64,000 nucleotides of DNA, taken from assembly GCA_963811165.1 (NCBI GenBank), contig CAWEQH010000010.1, positions 416,001 to 480,000 on the forward strand, written 5' to 3'. The DNA comes from an uncultured Nitrospiraceae bacterium (GTDB lineage Bacteria; Nitrospirota; Thermodesulfovibrionia; Thermodesulfovibrionales; UBA6898). The notes under the pieces were generated by a model, which saw only the letters and a list, made by a program, of their open reading frames with translations, was not told the DNA's origin and searched no databases. The first letter of the stretch is position 1; the number at the start of each line of letters is the position of its first letter. Positions 61,214-64,000 of this stretch are shown here, one piece after another. The position numbers and the translations under genes were made by a program.

Positions 61214-62866
61214 CTACCTCCCTTTTACGGAATAAATATATAATACAACTCCGAGAGGATTTTCGCCCTTGAGAATATTGCCGAACTTCACCCCCATAAA
61301 AGGGCTTGCAAGGACCATAATCTGGTCCCCGGCAACTGCGTAGTCCTGTATACTCCCCGGCACTCCCTCTATGAGGACGCCCTCTTCCATCGAAAACCCG
61401 TTCCACCAGTAGTTCCTTATCTCGGACTTCTTATAGCCCAAGCTCTTCGCCATATCGGTCAGCGCGAACCTCTTGACCGCAAGTACCTCCCTGCTCCTCT
61501 GGAGCAGCCTGTCTTTCACGGACCATGAGCTGGAAGGAACATAGATCGCTGGGGACTGTTTTTTGAATGTGGTAAGGAAACCGCCGTTTGATGAGCCGCT
61601 CCTCCAGACCCTGATGCCCTTTTCGTTATAGAGGTTCAGGTAGCCGTCGTCGTCATAGGCCAGGATGTCTTTTTCCTTCGGTTCGCCTTCGACAAAGACG
61701 AAATCATAGATGTTGACCCCCTTGGGGGTCTTTATCGTATCGCCTTTCGTGAATGCACCGTCCCACTTGACGGAAAAGATATCCCCCGAAAAACCGTCGG
61801 AGTAGGCCTGCCCGACAAGTCCGTCTCCCAACCTCCTTAGGAAGTAATTACCTTCCCACAATTTCTTGAAGTCCGGACCTTCCGCCTTATAGACGGAGGA
61901 GACAACGGCATCGTTTCTCATAGAGGTCACAACGATCTCGTCCTTCCCGTCCTTGTCGAGGTCTATCGTGTCGATCCAGATATGATCGTCTTTCGCCGAG
62001 CCTTTTATCTCACCCATAGGGGTGAGATCTGCGCCCGCCAGGTATATCCTTATGTCTTTGCCTGTGCTGAGAATGATCTCTTGTTTGCCGTCTCCGTAGA
62101 CATCTCCGACCGCGATGAACCTCGCCCCGAAGGAAAGGTCGAACATCGTCATAGCCCCCCCTGCACTCGGCGCAAAGAACTCTTCCCCGAATTTGAGGTC
62201 CTTCGCGTAATCCGCCGGGACTTTCACCTCTGTGTCGACGAACTTCGCCCCGTCGTCCACCCAGTAGAGCCTCTCTCTCATCAGTATCGCCTTATCGGCC
62301 TCTTTCGCCGTGACTATCAAGGCCACCTCGGCCCCGGCCTTCTTCGCTTCCGCCAGGACCTTTGTTTCATCATCGGTCTCAAGAGCAGTGTCCACCATCT
62401 CTATCCTGCCGGTGGATTTCAGCTTCCGGTAAAAATCATCGGCCAGGTACCAATCGATGCTCTTATCCTGGCAAAAAAAGAGTCTCACCTTTGTCTCGGA
62501 GATCCTGACCCGGTCGCCCTCCTTCGCCTCGCCCTCGACGATCCTGCCCGATGACGACTCTGCCTGCGCGTCCTTGATCTCGATCTTCCCGACAGTCGCT
62601 TCGATATTGCCCAGAAGCTCCTTTGTCACAGGATGCACAAACGGAGCTCCCTCTCTCAGTACCCTCAGTCTCATACCCGGCCTGAGACCTTCTTTTTCTC
62701 CGATGGAAACGAATACCTTGCCGTTTTCCAGACGCACGACCTTTCCGGACTGCGGCTTGAAATACGCCATGGTATCGTCTTTCAGTTTCGTAACAGGGTC
62801 CTCCTGGGCGCCGAACGCCTGGACCGAAATAAAGAGGGCTATAAGGACAAATACTATACGCTTCAT
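61214..62866 (-). CDS. Exported FG-GAP/VCBS-repeat protein
   Basis: Signal peptide from ATG 62866; GDVYGDGKQEI and DLDKDGKDEI repeats. Confidence 0.75.
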   Translation of the reverse strand: MKRIVFVLIALFISVQAFGAQEDPVTKLKDDTMAYFKPQSGKVVRLENGKVFVSIGEKEGLRPGMRLRVLREGAPFVHPVTKELLGNIEATVGKIEIKDAQAESSSGRIVEGEAKEGDRVRISETKVRLFFCQDKSIDWYLADDFYRKLKSTGRIEMVDTALETDDETKVLAEAKKAGAEVALIVTAKEADKAILMRERLYWVDDGAKFVDTEVKVPADYAKDLKFGEEFFAPSAGGAMTMFDLSFGARFIAVGDVYGDGKQEIILSTGKDIRIYLAGADLTPMGEIKGSAKDDHIWIDTIDLDKDGKDEIVVTSMRNDAVVSSVYKAEGPDFKKLWEGNYFLRRLGDGLVGQAYSDGFSGDIFSVKWDGAFTKGDTIKTPKGVNIYDFVFVEGEPKEKDILAYDDDGYLNLYNEKGIRVWRSGSSNGGFLTTFKKQSPAIYVPSSSWSVKDRLLQRSREVLAVKRFALTDMAKSLGYKKSEIRNYWWNGFSMEEGVLIEGVPGSIQDYAVAGDQIMVLASPFMGVKFGNILKGENPLGVVLYIYSVKGR

Positions 62867-64000
62867 CTTTTGTCCTCCCCGAATCTCATCGTAAACCACA
62901 TTTTTTTCCTCCCCTGCAAATCTATATTTCTTATAAAGAGAAAGCACGTCCCCTGGTAGAGCCTCTCGACGCCGTCTTCCGAAAGGGAGACCGTCTCGAC
63001 CGGATAATGCCAGAGGACCACGCCTTCGTTAAACGTAAAGTCAATGACAAGGTCCAGGTACTTGTCCCTGATGCTGAAATCCCTCACGTTGTCGTGCGTT
63101 TCCGTGCTGCGGATGGCCACAGTCTTTGGGCCTCGTTTGATAAGCGCGTGAGGGGAACCAAGCAGCGACATATTCATCTCTACCGCAAACAATCCGGAGT
63201 AAGCGCCTGTGAGCGAGTACTCAATCCTGATCTCCTTCGGACCGACGGGGGTCAGGGTTTTTTCTATCGCCACCTTACGCCCTCCGGCGAGGCCCTGCCT
63301 TGAAAAGGAAAGAGAAAAGGCATCACCCTTTTTTGAAGAGCGAACTGCGTATATGCCGTCGACAAAATCGCCGAGTTCTTCGTGCGAAGACCGTGCGATC
63401 TCCCCGACGGTCGTGCCCGCAGAGAAAAAACGGTCTATCAGGGAGTTTCTCCGGTACGAATCATACACAAGGTGGTCGGACAGGCCCGCCTCCTTCACCA
63501 TAAGCACGTCGTGGATCGTCCTGGTTTCCCCTGAAGCGAAATGCGATGCCGCCGCAAGCTTCGCGTGATATGCCTCGGGCCGTCGTGAAACGATATCAAA
63601 GATATTTACCCCCTGCGTGTAAAGAGACAGCTCCGAGATGCTGCCTCCCTTTTCGGTGGCCGCCAGGGCGTAGTGCTTGGTAGTTACCAGGACGTCGTCG
63701 AATCCGTCGCTGTCAAAATCGCCCTCTAAGACGGTGGTGCGGCCTTTAAGGATAGCGGCCGCTGAAGATTCCGCCCTGAGGAGGTGACGGTAGAGCGAGG
63801 ACCTCAGGTGCGGCAGATACAGACCGCCAAAGACGCCGTGCCAATACGCGTCGTTACACTGACCTTTCCAGAGTTCCATGAGGGCATTGCGTCCTTTCTT
63901 GGGATCCTTCCTCGCGGCCGCATGCACCTTCCGGCTGATCATGAACATCCTTTTGTGGATGTGGTTGGACTCGGGGTACTTCACCATAAAAGATCGCCAG
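62863..64000 (-). CDS. GH57 alpha-amylase/4-alpha-glucanotransferase, C-terminal part (5' end outside the window)
   Basis: KYPESN, QCNDAYWHGVFGGLYLPHLR, RRPEAYH and PVETVSLSEDGVERLYQG motifs. Confidence 0.9.
   Translation of the reverse strand, partial: WRSFMVKYPESNHIHKRMFMISRKVHAAARKDPKKGRNALMELWKGQCNDAYWHGVFGGLYLPHLRSSLYRHLLRAESSAAAILKGRTTVLEGDFDSDGFDDVLVTTKHYALAATEKGGSISELSLYTQGVNIFDIVSRRPEAYHAKLAAASHFASGETRTIHDVLMVKEAGLSDHLVYDSYRRNSLIDRFFSAGTTVGEIARSSHEELGDFVDGIYAVRSSKKGDAFSLSFSRQGLAGGRKVAIEKTLTPVGPKEIRIEYSLTGAYSGLFAVEMNMSLLGSPHALIKRGPKTVAIRSTETHDNVRDFSIRDKYLDLVIDFTFNEGVVLWHYPVETVSLSEDGVERLYQGTCFLFIRNIDLQGRKKMWFTMRFGEDKR

Overview
This 64-kb window comes from an anaerobic Gram-negative bacterium; the gene content suggests Nitrospirota (Thermodesulfovibrionia-like) or Desulfobacterota, which is inference only. 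Most of it is housekeeping DNA: rimP-nusA-recG-pilD, an amidase, rubrerythrin, hemE with an AhbD-like radical SAM gene, hflX, glyQS, rplM-rpsI, argCJ, cooC, apgM, a TatD-radical SAM fusion, yggS-proC-yggT-divIVA-hisS, smpB, a tungsten-type aldehyde:ferredoxin oxidoreductase (AOR), mfd, uppS-cdsA-dxr-rseP and a GH57 gene. An accessory patch at about 40.75-49.6 kb holds an integron-cassette-like gene, an IS3-family element with a 4-bp target duplication, AT-rich gene debris, a four-domain cytochrome c, a ~2.1-kb element with two tyrosine recombinases and nested inverted repeats, and a lipoprotein rhodanese whose in-frame UGA is very probably selenocysteine. hflX appears to start at a non-canonical AUA codon. 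Several conserved genes (glyQ, hemE, yggS, tatD, vorB) carry isolated frameshifts that most likely reflect assembly errors. No rRNA, tRNA or CRISPR array was seen.
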